NCBI GenBank assembly: GCA_965202625.1
Contig: CBDBBI010000010.1
Location: 416,001-480,000, forward strand
Length of the DNA: 64,000 nucleotides
Source: a bacterium
GTDB taxonomy: Bacteria; UBA8248
Direction of reading: 5' to 3'
The notes under the pieces are model-generated. The model was not told the DNA's origin, did no database searches, and was given only the letters and a program-made list of their open reading frames with translations. Every line of letters begins with the position of its first letter. The stretch's first letter is position 1. Made by a program: the position numbers and the translations under genes. This document shows positions 20,032 to 30,200 of this stretch, in pieces.

Positions 20032-22446
20032 ATGTCGATACATTCGATTCCCGAAAAATTGGAAATTCCCGTTGAGGGTATGTCGTGCGCAGCATGTTCG
20101 GCGCGATTGGAGAAGCGACTCAACGCGCTCGATGGCGTCCTGCGCGCAAACGTGAGTTTGGCCCTGGCGCGCGCGCGAATCGAGTTTTTTCCTGCCCAGG
20201 TGACGCCTGCCGATATCGCCAAAAGAGTCGAGAGAACAGGTTTTCGCGTTCCGTATGCGGAAGTCGATTTTATCGTCGAAGGGGTGGAGGATGCGGAGGA
20301 CGCCGCTCGCTTGGAGGAGCGATTGACTCGGCTCGACGGCGTCGTATCCACCAGCGTGGATTTCTCGACGGGTAGAAGTCGAGTCAAATTCCAGCCGGCC
20401 ATCGTCGTGGTCGATGACGTTCTAGAATGTGTGGAGAAAGCGGGATACGCGACGCGCGTTCTGATGGATGAGGCGCAGAAAACCGAGAGGCGCAAACGCG
20501 AACACCAGCGCAAAAAAAATGCGCTTCTGCTACTGATGTCCATCGTTTTATCCGCGCCGCTTCTTATGCAGATGGTGGGGATGAGCCCAGGTGCGGCGCA
20601 ATGGGAGCTGCCCAGGTGGTGGCAATTTGCGCTTGCTACGCCGGTGCAGTTCATCGCAGGCTGGCGATTTTATCGGGGAGCATATCATTCGCTTCTGGGT
20701 GGCGGCGCGAACATGGACGTTCTCGTCGCTTTGGGAACGAGCGCTGCTTGGCTCCATAGCAGCGTGGTGACCTTGCGGGATTTAAGCGCGAATCATGTGT
20801 ATTTTGAAGCGTCCGCGATTTTGATCACGCTCGTTTTGCTTGGAAAAGTGCTTGAGGAACGCGCCATGGGCAGAACTTCTGACGCCATGAAAAAATTGAT
20901 GGACCTTCGGGCGAGGACGGCGAGAATCCTGAAAGACGGGGAGGAGCGCGAGCTCCCCGTGGAGCAAGTCCGCGTGGACGATGTCGTGGTCGTGCGTCCG
21001 GGCGAGAAATACCCCGTAGATGGAATCATAGTGTGGGGTGCCACTTCCGTGGATGAATCCATGCTGACGGGCGAGAGTGTTCCTGTGGCCAAGGCGGTGG
21101 GCGACGGCGTCACCGGGGCTACGCTCAACGTTGACGGGGCGGTGAGGTTCAGAGCGACGAAAGTGGGAAAAGAAACGATGCTGGCCCAGATCATACGAAT
21201 CGTGGAGCAGGCGCAAGCCTCCAAAGCACCGATTCAACGCATGGCGGATAGGGTGTCGGGCGTTTTCGTGCCAGTCGTGATGGGAATTGCCGCTATCACT
21301 TTCTTTCTTTGGCACAGCTTGGGAGGAGGATTCACGCCCGCGCTGGTCAACGCGGTCGCCGTTTTGGTCATCGCTTGCCCATGCGCTTTGGGTTTGGCGA
21401 CGCCTACGGCCATCATGGTGGGCGCAGGTAAAGGGGCTGAGGCCGGAATTCTTATTAAAAGCGGCGAATCTCTGGAAACTGCGCATAAAATAGACGCCGT
21501 CATCGTGGATAAAACGGGTACGCTGACGAGGGGCAAGCCTGTGGTGACCGATATGTTGCCGCTGAACCGGCTGGGAGAGGAGGAGTTGCTCCAGCTGGCG
21601 GCAAGCGCTGAACAGGGATCGGAGCACCCTCTGGGCAAAGCGCTGGTGGATGCGGGCAAGGTGCGCGGAGTGGAACTGCTTGAGATGAACGATTTCCGGG
21701 CGCACCCCGGCCATGGTTTGGAAGCGAGGGTGGGGGGGCGAAAAATGTATTTGGGAAACGAAAAATTCATGGCGGCGCATGGCGTGAGCGCGCCTCGCGA
21801 TACCGACGAGATGCGCCGGATGGAGGCGCAGGGGAAAACCGTCGTGTTGCTCGCCGATGAGGAAGGGTTGCTGGGCATCATCGGCATCGCCGACATCCTG
21901 AGGGAGCACTCGGCTGAGGCGGTGAAATCACTCCAGAATATGGGAATCGAAGTCTATATGATGACAGGGGACAACGAGCGGACGGCGCGCGCCATTGCGG
22001 CACAAGCCGGAGTGCGTCACGTGATGGCGGAAGTTATGCCGGATGAGAAGGCGGCCATGGTGGAGGAACTCAGGCGAAGCGGCAAGAAGGTGGGGATGGT
22101 GGGAGACGGCATCAACGACGCTCCAGCGTTGGCCGCCGCGGACGTAGGGTTCGCTGTGGACACAGGCGCGGACGTCGCGACGGAGGCGTCGGATATCACG
22201 TTGATCCAGGGAGATTTGATGGGCGTCGTGGCGGGTATTCGCCTCTCAAAGGCTACGATGCGGAAGATTCGCCAGAATCTTTTCTGGGCGTTTTTCTATA
22301 ACGTTCTTGGCCTCCCTCTGGCGGCGTTTGGTTTTTTGAGTCCCATATTCGCTGGAATGGCCATGGCATTCAGTTCCGTGTCCGTCGTGTTGAACACTTT
22401 GTTGTTGCGGAGGTGGAAACCCGCCTGTCGGGAGGGCGCGGGGTAG
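20032..22446 (+). CDS. copA: Cu(I)-translocating P1B-type ATPase
   Basis: GMSCAAC HMA domain, [27 protein letters not shown] and MxxSS motifs. Confidence 0.95.
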   Translation: MSIHSIPEKLEIPVEGMSCAACSARLEKRLNALDGVLRANVSLALARARIEFFPAQVTPADIAKRVERTGFRVPYAEVDFIVEGVEDAEDAARLEERLTRLDGVVSTSVDFSTGRSRVKFQPAIVVVDDVLECVEKAGYATRVLMDEAQKTERRKREHQRKKNALLLLMSIVLSAPLLMQMVGMSPGAAQWELPRWWQFALATPVQFIAGWRFYRGAYHSLLGGGANMDVLVALGTSAAWLHSSVVTLRDLSANHVYFEASAILITLVLLGKVLEERAMGRTSDAMKKLMDLRARTARILKDGEERELPVEQVRVDDVVVVRPGEKYPVDGIIVWGATSVDESMLTGESVPVAKAVGDGVTGATLNVDGAVRFRATKVGKETMLAQIIRIVEQAQASKAPIQRMADRVSGVFVPVVMGIAAITFFLWHSLGGGFTPALVNAVAVLVIACPCALGLATPTAIMVGAGKGAEAGILIKSGESLETAHKIDAVIVDKTGTLTRGKPVVTDMLPLNRLGEEELLQLAASAEQGSEHPLGKALVDAGKVRGVELLEMNDFRAHPGHGLEARVGGRKMYLGNEKFMAAHGVSAPRDTDEMRRMEAQGKTVVLLADEEGLLGIIGIADILREHSAEAVKSLQNMGIEVYMMTGDNERTARAIAAQAGVRHVMAEVMPDEKAAMVEELRRSGKKVGMVGDGINDAPALAAADVGFAVDTGADVATEASDITLIQGDLMGVVAGIRLSKATMRKIRQNLFWAFFYNVLGLPLAAFGFLSPIFAGMAMAFSSVSVVLNTLLLRRWKPACREGAG

Positions 22447-22671
22447 ATTTTTAGCCGTGGCCTTGGCCGAGGCTTCATTGTGACGTCGGGCGAAGCGTGT
22501 TTTGGGGATGAAATGTAGGGCGGATGCGAATGTTTCCTCTCGCCTTGGTGGTTTGGTCTCACGCGATACTCCCCAAAACGTAAGGCGCGAATGCGCATCT
22601 GTTTTTTTCCGAACGATCGGGCGGCGTTCTCACGTCTGGCATCGACCATCCTCATTATGCGGGGATATACA

Positions 22672-22882
22672 ATACAAAAAGTAGAGCCAGTTGTGCGGGG
22701 AAATGAACTATGAGACGTGCCAATCGAATGTTCAAGATGCGCTTGGAGGTGTGGAAGGCGTGGCGGAAGCCATTGTAGATTCTTTAGCGGCAGAGAAGGC
22801 AAGAATCGTATTTGAGAAAGGGGTGACGAATCTTCCCGCTTTGTGCACCGCCATAGAGAAGGCAGATTTTGAAGTCAATTAA
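22672..22882 (+). pseudogene. copZ: Decayed copper chaperone CopZ (HMA domain)
   Basis: IQKVEPVVRG, then a +1 shift, then MNYETCQSNVQDALGGVEGV...AIEKADFEV. The start appears to be ATA and GMxCxxC has become GMNYETC. Confidence 0.7.
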
Positions 22883-22988
22883 ATTTTTATGAAACAATAT
22901 GTTATATGTAATACATAAAGTATGACATGAGTATTTTGCCCCGCTCCCTTCTTCCTCTCAAGTGCGTCGGGGGATTTGTTGAAATCTC

Positions 22989-23612
22989 CTACCTCGGCTG
23001 TCCATCCTCGAAACTCCTTTCCAGAAACTCGCCCAGCCTACATTGCCAAAAGCCGTTCAGGCGACCGATAGGTTCCAGTTTCCGCGCGTCGATGTATTTG
23101 TCCGTCATGACTTTCGGGCTGACGTGAAAATACACCACCTCTCCGATCAGCAAGGGATGCTTGTTCGGCCCCAGCTCAAACACGTTGTGGGTTTTGCACT
23201 CAAAGTGAATGGGCGCGTCCTTGATGCGAGGAGCCTGTACCTTCCTGGCGGGTATCGGTTCAAGGCCGGCGGCGTCGAATTCGCTCTGCTGTGCCGGAAT
23301 GCCGTTCGCCGTATCCACCATCTGCTCCCAATGGCGCTCGGTGACCACGTTGAAGCAGAACTCTCCGGTTTCCTCCGCGTTGATGAGGGTGTGTTTTTTT
23401 GTTCCATCTGGGTTTCGCGCCACGGTGAGCGATATCATAGGCGGTGCCACGCACACGCAGGTAAAGAAGCTGAAGGGTGCGATGTTGTGAATCCCGTCCT
23501 TGCTGACGGATGACGCCCAGCCGATGGGGCGGGGGACGATAGAGCCGGTGAGCAGGCGATAAATCTCCCGCCGCTCGATCGCTTTGGGGTCAAACTCCAG
23601 ATATTCGCTCAT
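22989..23612 (-). CDS. Flavin reductase-like (FMN-binding split barrel) protein
   Basis: YRLLTGSIVPRPIGW, NIAPFSFF, KHTLINAEETGEFCFN and PIHFEC. Confidence 0.9.
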   Translation of the reverse strand: MSEYLEFDPKAIERREIYRLLTGSIVPRPIGWASSVSKDGIHNIAPFSFFTCVCVAPPMISLTVARNPDGTKKHTLINAEETGEFCFNVVTERHWEQMVDTANGIPAQQSEFDAAGLEPIPARKVQAPRIKDAPIHFECKTHNVFELGPNKHPLLIGEVVYFHVSPKVMTDKYIDARKLEPIGRLNGFWQCRLGEFLERSFEDGQPR

Positions 23613-23657
23613 CAGGAATCCTCAAACGGTGGCGTGAAACCAGCGGTGCGGGTGCCC

Positions 23658-24425
23658 CTACGCCATGAAGCGTCCCGCGTTCACGGCGATGGTCTGGCCG
23701 GTCAGATAGGCGGATTCGGGCGACGCCAACATGAGCACCCAGCCCACGACGTCCTCCACCTCGGCGATGCGGCCGAGGAGCGTTCCCTTGCCTATCATCT
23801 CGCGCTGTTCCTCGGATCGCACCGCAATGACGCGCTCGGTCGCCGTGGTTCCGGGCGCGATGGCGTTTACGCGCACGTTGTATCGTCCCAAGTCGTAGGC
23901 GAGTACGCGGGTGAGAGCGTGGACGCCCGCCTTGGCAGCCGCATAGGGCGGGGAGGAGGGTTGGAGCGTGGTGAGTCCCGACATTGAGCCCAGGTTGATC
24001 ACGCATCCGCGGTTTTGTTTCTCAAAAATGGGCGTTAGATGTTTTGAGGTCAGGAATACGCTTTTCAGGTTCTTGTCCACCACAGAGTCCCATTCGACTT
24101 CAGAGGTCTCGCCCATGGAGAGCTGCTGATGAAAACCGCCCGCGCAGTTGACGAAAACGTCGATGCCGCCCCCCTCGCGCACGATGCGTTCTATCATCTC
24201 TTTTACGGCGGCGGAATCCGTGAGGTCGCAATGGATGAAGGAGGCGTCGCCCCCATTGCCGCGAACGGCCGCCGCCGCCGCCTCTCCAGGATCGGCGTCG
24301 ACGTCGACGAGATAGACCCTGGCGCCCGCCTCGGCGAACCTCTCAGCGGATGCTTTTCCAATGCCGTGTGACGCGCCCGTGACGACGGCGACCTCTCCTG
24401 AAAAATCAAACCTTGTCTTGCCCAT
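23658..24425 (-). CDS. Short-chain dehydrogenase/reductase (SDR)
   Basis: TGASHGIG, VNCAG, YAAAK and VNAIAPG. Confidence 0.92.
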   Translation of the reverse strand: MGKTRFDFSGEVAVVTGASHGIGKASAERFAEAGARVYLVDVDADPGEAAAAAVRGNGGDASFIHCDLTDSAAVKEMIERIVREGGGIDVFVNCAGGFHQQLSMGETSEVEWDSVVDKNLKSVFLTSKHLTPIFEKQNRGCVINLGSMSGLTTLQPSSPPYAAAKAGVHALTRVLAYDLGRYNVRVNAIAPGTTATERVIAVRSEEQREMIGKGTLLGRIAEVEDVVGWVLMLASPESAYLTGQTIAVNAGRFMA

Positions 24426-24659
24426 GAGACGCTCCCCTTAGCGGACGATGCGCTTTTCGCGACGCTAAATATGTTTTGTTGACGACGTGAGACGGCCGCT
24501 TCTCTTTGTGCGGCGTCTCCGATTCTATGGTTTTTGCTTTCATAATTCAATTTCAATGGGATATGGACGATCTGCGACCTCGCCCGAGGGCGGTGCCAGG
24601 CTTCTCGCTCTGAGGAAAAACCAATGCAGCCTGCCTGTTTCCCTCGGGCGGACGCCATC

Positions 24660-24689
24660 TTGTCCCGACGGTTCGGGTCATAATATAAT
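24660..24689 (+). promoter_or_regulatory. Putative sigma70 promoter for the partner-helicase module
   Basis: TTGTCC-18 nt-TATAAT about 50 nt upstream of ATG 24741. Confidence 0.5.
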
Positions 24690-24740
24690 GAAGTTTCATC
24701 CGTCCGACTCTGGATATTCCTAGGTCCGAGAGAATCGCCG

Positions 24741-27131
24741 ATGACAGTCGAGAACAGCAAGATTGTTGAAGCGATAAAGGATTGGGCGCGTCGCTTATGG
24801 CGTCGAATAACGAGCTCAACTCCCGAGGAAGAGGATGACTCGCGCAATCCGCCAGATGGAACTGGTGAACCCGAATCACAAAATGCGCCAACAAGACGCG
24901 AACCGGAGCGAGAACCACCAGACGCGCGTTCCGGCGATATCGATCCTATAGATGATACCGATCCTGTAATGACTCGCCCCGAACCTGAACCCCTCGTTTG
25001 CGATGCGGGTGATGGGCAAGACGGCCTGCCTCGACCACCCGACCCACCACCGCCTGAGACTTCTGAGCCTACAGGCAATGCCCCAACGGGGGAGGGTGAA
25101 GAATCAACGGAACCTACGCTAAAGGCCTCAAGCGAGATTGGGGGGGAGGGAAAACGCAATGGGACTTCGACGAAAAATCCCCAGAAGATATCAGAAGATA
25201 ACAACGAAATGGATCGCAAATTCACGCCTCGCCCAGAGATCATTTGCCGAAATCTCCGCGGGCATTGGAAAGTGTTTCTGTCCGTAGATGACGAATGCGG
25301 CGTCAAGGAGGTGCGGCACAGCGGCGGCGAAACTTTGCCCGTGTCGGACGGCGAATATCCCCTCCCGTCCTTAGCCGGAAGCTTGTCTGTCGTCCTTGAG
25401 GACGATGGGCATAGTGAATTGATAGTTCCTTTGTTTGACGGCAAACCCCTCATCTTCAAGTTGCAGGAGGATTGGACCGGCGACGGACACAAGGTCGAAC
25501 GCATCACGAAGGGGTACTTCGTCGTCATCGCGCCGAACACCTGGACGCGCACGGGGCGCATTCGCGTGGAGTCGCAAGAGTGCGTAGATCCAAACTTCAA
25601 AGCGCACTATTTCTTTCAGCAACCAGGTGAAGCAGAGGCGGACGTGGGCGGCTTTAAGGAATACTCCGGGCCGTTGTTCGCCAATTCTTCCCTTACGCTC
25701 AAGGGCGAGCGCGTTTTTGACGACTCTGATGAAGGGGAGCTGTTCATAGGCGCCGTTCCAGAGTTGACTCCCTCGCAGGAAATCGCCTGGGTAAGGGTTG
25801 GCGAAGAACGGACGGGCGGCTGGAAGGGCGATAGCTACAGGCCGGACGAGAAAACTCTCGCTGACGTGCTGAACGACCGGCAAGGGCGGTTTTATGTCCG
25901 CGTTTACGGCAACGAGTCGAAGAAGATGGTGGATAGCGATCAGTTTCGCTATCTACAAAGTCTCAAAGAGATTCGTGTAAACGATGAGCTATATACGAAA
26001 GACGTGATTCTTGCGCCGCCTCCTGCAGGGTATCCTCCGACAGAGGTGTGCTTTGTCGGCGTCGATGGCGCGCCCATTCGCCCCATCTTGCCGTCCGAAG
26101 CAGCGCACGTGAAAGTGCTAGGGAGCGATCTCATCGTGGATCCGGTTCCGTGCAGCGACAACATATCGTGCGTGCTGGAGTCCGACACCGGTCGCGTCGA
26201 TATCGTCTTGAATCTGCCGCGCATCTGGTGGCGGATGGCGCGAGGCGGTGAGGAAGCCGATGAATGGCGAGATACCCCCCTGACGATGACGCGACAGGAA
26301 TATCGTGCGAATGCGGAGGCGGAAGCGGCAATTCATTTGCGTCTGCCGCGAAAAATCAAGTCGGTTCTCGTGGGTTTCGGGGATGAGGGGGATCGATCAT
26401 ACCGCCAGAAAAAGACGGGAGACGACATCGCGATTCCACTGATGAATTTCGCCGATTATACGCAGATTGACGAGCGGCTGAAACAGGACGCCTTGTTTAA
26501 CGCCCGATATGGCGAGGTAGATTGGACGCTTGTCAGGGTTTTTGCCGACCCCGCGCCGAGGATCGTCTCCTTCGAGTCGGAACCAGGGAAGATTGCGGTC
26601 GGAGGGACGGCGACGTTGCGTTGGGCGACCAAGAACGCGGAGGCTTGCGGCGTTCAGATCGATTCCGGAATCGGGGCGGTCGAACCTAACGGGAGTCGTG
26701 AGGTTGCGCCCTTGAAGAACACAACCTACACGCTGAGGTTGACGGCTCCCTATGTGGATAAGGTGATGGGAACTGTTCATGTGACCGTCAGCGTGCAGGA
26801 GTCGGGCACGACACCACCTGTCGTCACAACGGTGGACTATATGGCCGCGTCAACGACTTATGACGAAATGTTTGAAGAGGCGCTTGATGTCGTCAAGAAT
26901 CGCTTTTTACTCTCGGTGCTGCTCGCCAAGCGGGTGGCACAACTGCGGCAGGGGGCGGAGCCCCTGGTCGCCGCGCAGCCGAGGGACACGCAGCCGAGGG
27001 AGACGCATGAGCAGATCGTGTTCCGGGAAATTATCGAGGAGAAGCTGGAGTGGCGAAAGACCGCCTCGGCGGCTGACTTTTCCGACATGGACCACGGGTT
27101 TGCGGACGAGGGGTTCGACGACGGAGAGTAG
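24741..27131 (+). CDS. 796-aa helicase-associated protein: disordered N-terminus, beta-rich core, Ig-like domain and C-terminal RNA polymerase omega (RpoZ) domain
   Basis: Pro/Glu-rich residues ~25-155; Ig/PKD-like segment (PRIVSFESEP...ATLRW...TTYTL, 26550-26795); residues 701-796 contain ALDVVKNRFLLSVLLAKRVAQLRQGAEPLV...IVFREIIEEKL. Confidence 0.8.
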   Translation: MTVENSKIVEAIKDWARRLWRRITSSTPEEEDDSRNPPDGTGEPESQNAPTRREPEREPPDARSGDIDPIDDTDPVMTRPEPEPLVCDAGDGQDGLPRPPDPPPPETSEPTGNAPTGEGEESTEPTLKASSEIGGEGKRNGTSTKNPQKISEDNNEMDRKFTPRPEIICRNLRGHWKVFLSVDDECGVKEVRHSGGETLPVSDGEYPLPSLAGSLSVVLEDDGHSELIVPLFDGKPLIFKLQEDWTGDGHKVERITKGYFVVIAPNTWTRTGRIRVESQECVDPNFKAHYFFQQPGEAEADVGGFKEYSGPLFANSSLTLKGERVFDDSDEGELFIGAVPELTPSQEIAWVRVGEERTGGWKGDSYRPDEKTLADVLNDRQGRFYVRVYGNESKKMVDSDQFRYLQSLKEIRVNDELYTKDVILAPPPAGYPPTEVCFVGVDGAPIRPILPSEAAHVKVLGSDLIVDPVPCSDNISCVLESDTGRVDIVLNLPRIWWRMARGGEEADEWRDTPLTMTRQEYRANAEAEAAIHLRLPRKIKSVLVGFGDEGDRSYRQKKTGDDIAIPLMNFADYTQIDERLKQDALFNARYGEVDWTLVRVFADPAPRIVSFESEPGKIAVGGTATLRWATKNAEACGVQIDSGIGAVEPNGSREVAPLKNTTYTLRLTAPYVDKVMGTVHVTVSVQESGTTPPVVTTVDYMAASTTYDEMFEEALDVVKNRFLLSVLLAKRVAQLRQGAEPLVAAQPRDTQPRETHEQIVFREIIEEKLEWRKTASAADFSDMDHGFADEGFDDGE
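26841..27131 (+). other. rpoZ: RpoZ (RNA polymerase omega) domain, in frame within the 796-aa ORF and with its own ATG
   Basis: 96-aa segment from ATG 26841 with the omega signature NRF.L....AKR..QL..GAEPLV and A/F-REI...K, followed by an acidic tail. Confidence 0.8.
26974..27007 (+). repeat. 15-bp tandem duplication inside the omega domain
   Basis: CGCAGCCGAGGGACA / CGCAGCCGAGGGAGA / CGCA, encoding QPRDT-QPRET. Confidence 0.85.
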
Positions 27132-27162
27132 CCTCTCCCCCCTCCGTGCGCGTCAGTTGACG

Positions 27163-27234
27163 CCCATCGACAAACGCCGTCGCAGTGCACACCAGCGCAA
27201 CATAGAGATGCTTGGGAGGTTGATGGATGCCTGA
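27163..27234 (+). pseudogene. Orphan C-terminal coding remnant resembling ribosomal protein L13e
   Basis: Reads PIDKRRRSAHQRNIEMLGRLMDA*, similar to the archaeal L13e motif IPVDKRRRS.H..N.E.L. Its TGA overlaps the helicase ATG (ATGCCTGA). Confidence 0.55.
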
Positions 27235-30200
27235 CGCCAACGACATGCAAACCATACAAACCTGGCCCGAAAAAATTCGACAACGTTACGAGAACTATTT
27301 GATAACCTCCTTTTTTTTTTCAAAGAGCCAAAATTGCGGGAATCGTTCCAGGCGGCTCTTCAAGAAGAGGGGAATCTTTTGAAAGGCCCATGCACCGAAA
27401 CGGACCGGGGCTTCAAGACCGGCTCAAGCGCGAGGGCATTGGCAAAGGGATGTTTTCCGGACGAGAGCGAAGGTATTCTCCCTGCACTGATCGATGCCCC
27501 CTTGTATTCGCATCAGGAAGGAGCCATTCGCGCCGCGCATATCGACGCCCGGAACGTCGTCGTCGCCACTGGTACCGCCAGCGGCAAAACGGAGAGTTTT
27601 CTCTACCCGATCCTTTTCGAGTTGTATCGCCAGCATCTCTTTGGGGAACTCGAAGAGCCAGGCGTGCGTGCGATGATCCTGTATCCAATGAATGCGCTCG
27701 CCAACGATCAGCGCGAGCGTCTGGGCAAAATCTGCAAGCATTTGCGCGATGCAAATTCGGCGTTCGCGCCGACGTTCGGACAATACATTGGGCAGACGCC
27801 CGAATCCGCTACGGACCGTTGGCGCAATGCCGCCGAGCGGGCGAAAGAACGCCTGCCCGGAGAACTCGTATTCCGCGACGAAATGCGAAAGAAGCCGCCC
27901 CATATTTTGCTGACGAACTACTCCATGCTGGAATATCTGCTTATTCGCCCCGACGACAGCCCTTTGTTCGACGATGGCCGCGGCGCGCGCTGGCAATTTA
28001 TCGTGCTTGACGAGGCGCACCAGTATCGCGGCGCCAAAGGCATGGAGATGGGTATGCTCCTCCGGCGCCTCAAGCAGCGGCTGCGCGACGGAGGACGGCA
28101 AGGTTCGTTCCGCTGCATCGCCACCAGCGCGACCATTTCCTCTGGCGAAAGCGATAAAGACAGGCGAGTTGTCGCCGAATTCGCGCAGGAGCTGTTCGGA
28201 GAACCCTTCCAGTCGGCTGGCGTTATTTTTGGCGATACACGGCCGGAAGCCACTGATTGTCCTCCACGCCGCTATCATGCCTTTTTGCGCGCTCTTGAAG
28301 GGGCGTTTCTCGTTCACAGGGACGGCGCGGATGCTGTCGTGCTCAATCGGAAGAGCGAAACTGAGAACGGGTCAAACGCGAAGCCGTTGGAAATCGCCCT
28401 GTGCCGTGAATGCGGCCAGTATTACTACGTTGGTCAGGAGCGAGACGGAAATCTGGGAGAAGCCGTCCGAGACCCCAGTCAACCCGACTTTGGCGTGGAC
28501 TATTACCTGGCAGCGAAGGATGGAGACAAGTGGCTGTGCAGGCTCTGCGGCGCGCTTTCAAAATCCACGTCGAGTTGTGATTGCGGCCCGGAGGTTCGCG
28601 TGAAGGTGAAGAAGTGCAAGAGTCACAAAGGGCACCCCGACCAACTGAAGGAATGCGAGACCTGCGGTTATCAACGCGGCGGCATCGGCGATCCGGTGCA
28701 GGAGATCGTGCATGGCTCCGACGGGCCCAACGCCGTCATCGCTACCGCCCTGCACGAATTGCTGCCGGAAGACAAACGCAAGGTGCTTGCCTTCGCCGAC
28801 AGCCGGCAAGAGGCAGCGTTCTTTGCCTGGTATGCCGAGGACTCCTACGAGAAGCTGCGCGACCGCAACCTCATGTTGCGGGCGATCAAGGCGGGAAAAG
28901 TCGTCCCGGAAGGCCTGTCTATCGACGATCTCCGAAACCGGCTGCACAAAGAGTGGGAGCAGGCTGGTCTGTTCAGGGAGACGGATTCGTCGGAAGGGCG
29001 AGACCGACGGGTGCTGACGTCAATTCTGCGCGAGGCGCTGACGGACGAAAGGCGGCTGTCCTTGAGTGGTGTTGGCCTGGTCAGGTGGTTCGTCAGGATT
29101 CCCGACAAGTTGCATTTGCCGGAAGCCATGCGAGAACCGCCATGGAAATTCACGAATGCCGAGGCGCGGCATCTGATCGGGTATCTCCTGGACGAGTTGC
29201 GCCTGCGCCGCGCCATGGACTTGCCGAAAGGTGCCGCAACGCCTGCATGGGGCGACGTATTGCCTCAACGGCCGCAGCAGGCTTACGGCAGCGGGTCGCC
29301 GGGCAAGCGACCGAACGTCTCTGAATGGGGCAGCCCTCAATCCGCAGTCATCCGACATTTCCTTCACCGGTTGCTTGATGACAGCGGCCTGTCTGAAGAA
29401 GGGAAGCAATCGGCGTCGAGGAAACTCATGAAGGACGTGTGGAAAAAGCTACGGAGTTATTGCGGCGAAACCATCCTTTCGTGCGGACGTGTGAACGGTA
29501 CGTTTCGGCTTGATCCGCGCTGGCTGCGGCTCAAGCCGGTTGCGCCTGGCGAAATCTGGGAGTGCGACACCTGCGCGACCTTGAGCGCTCACTACGTTCG
29601 CGCCGTCTGCCCCCGGAATCGTTGTCCCGGAACCCTGGTGCCCGCCGACGGAAGGCGCCTCGAGAAAAACCACTATCGCATCCTCTACGAAAGCGATGCT
29701 TTTCCTCCCGCTCTGAGGGCGGAGGAGCACACTGCACAGATCGACAGCGACGCGGCGCGCCAAAGGCAGAACGAGTTCAAGAATGGCAAGATCCATCTTC
29801 TCAGCTCTTCCACTACGTTTGAAGTCGGCGTCGATTTGGGGGATCTGAAAGTCGTGTTTCTCCGCAACGTGCCGCCGGAGCCGTTCAACTACACCCAGCG
29901 CGTCGGACGCGCGGGGCGAAGAGAGACTGGCTTGGCGCTGACCTACTGCCGCCGCAATCCACACGACTTATATTACTACGAAGATCCGGGGCGCATAATT
30001 GACGGCGCGGTGCATCCGCCGCGCCTGCGGATGAAGAACGAGAAAATCATCCTGCGGCACCTTGTCGCCACGGCCCTCTCCGCGTTCTTCAGGAAAAACG
30101 TTAGAGCGCGCTTCACCAAAGTAGAAGAATTTGTGAAAGACTGGTCGAGCCCCCGCGCCGCGTCCGATCTCAAGGAGTTTTGCGAGCGCAACAGCGAGTT

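Noticed and set aside
20782-21909. 375-aa minus-strand ORF and similar long antisense ORFs (5201-6028, 15901-16794, 27424-28317)
   Set aside because: Each lies opposite a confidently identified gene and lacks protein-family motifs.
24203-25600. 465-aa minus-strand ORF
   Set aside because: Antisense shadow of the partner gene that also overlaps the SDR gene out of frame; Ser/Gly-rich with no recognisable motifs.
26860-27234. 124-aa ORF as an independent gene
   Set aside because: Most of it is an alternative frame of the omega domain; only the last ~23 codons look like genuine coding remnant.
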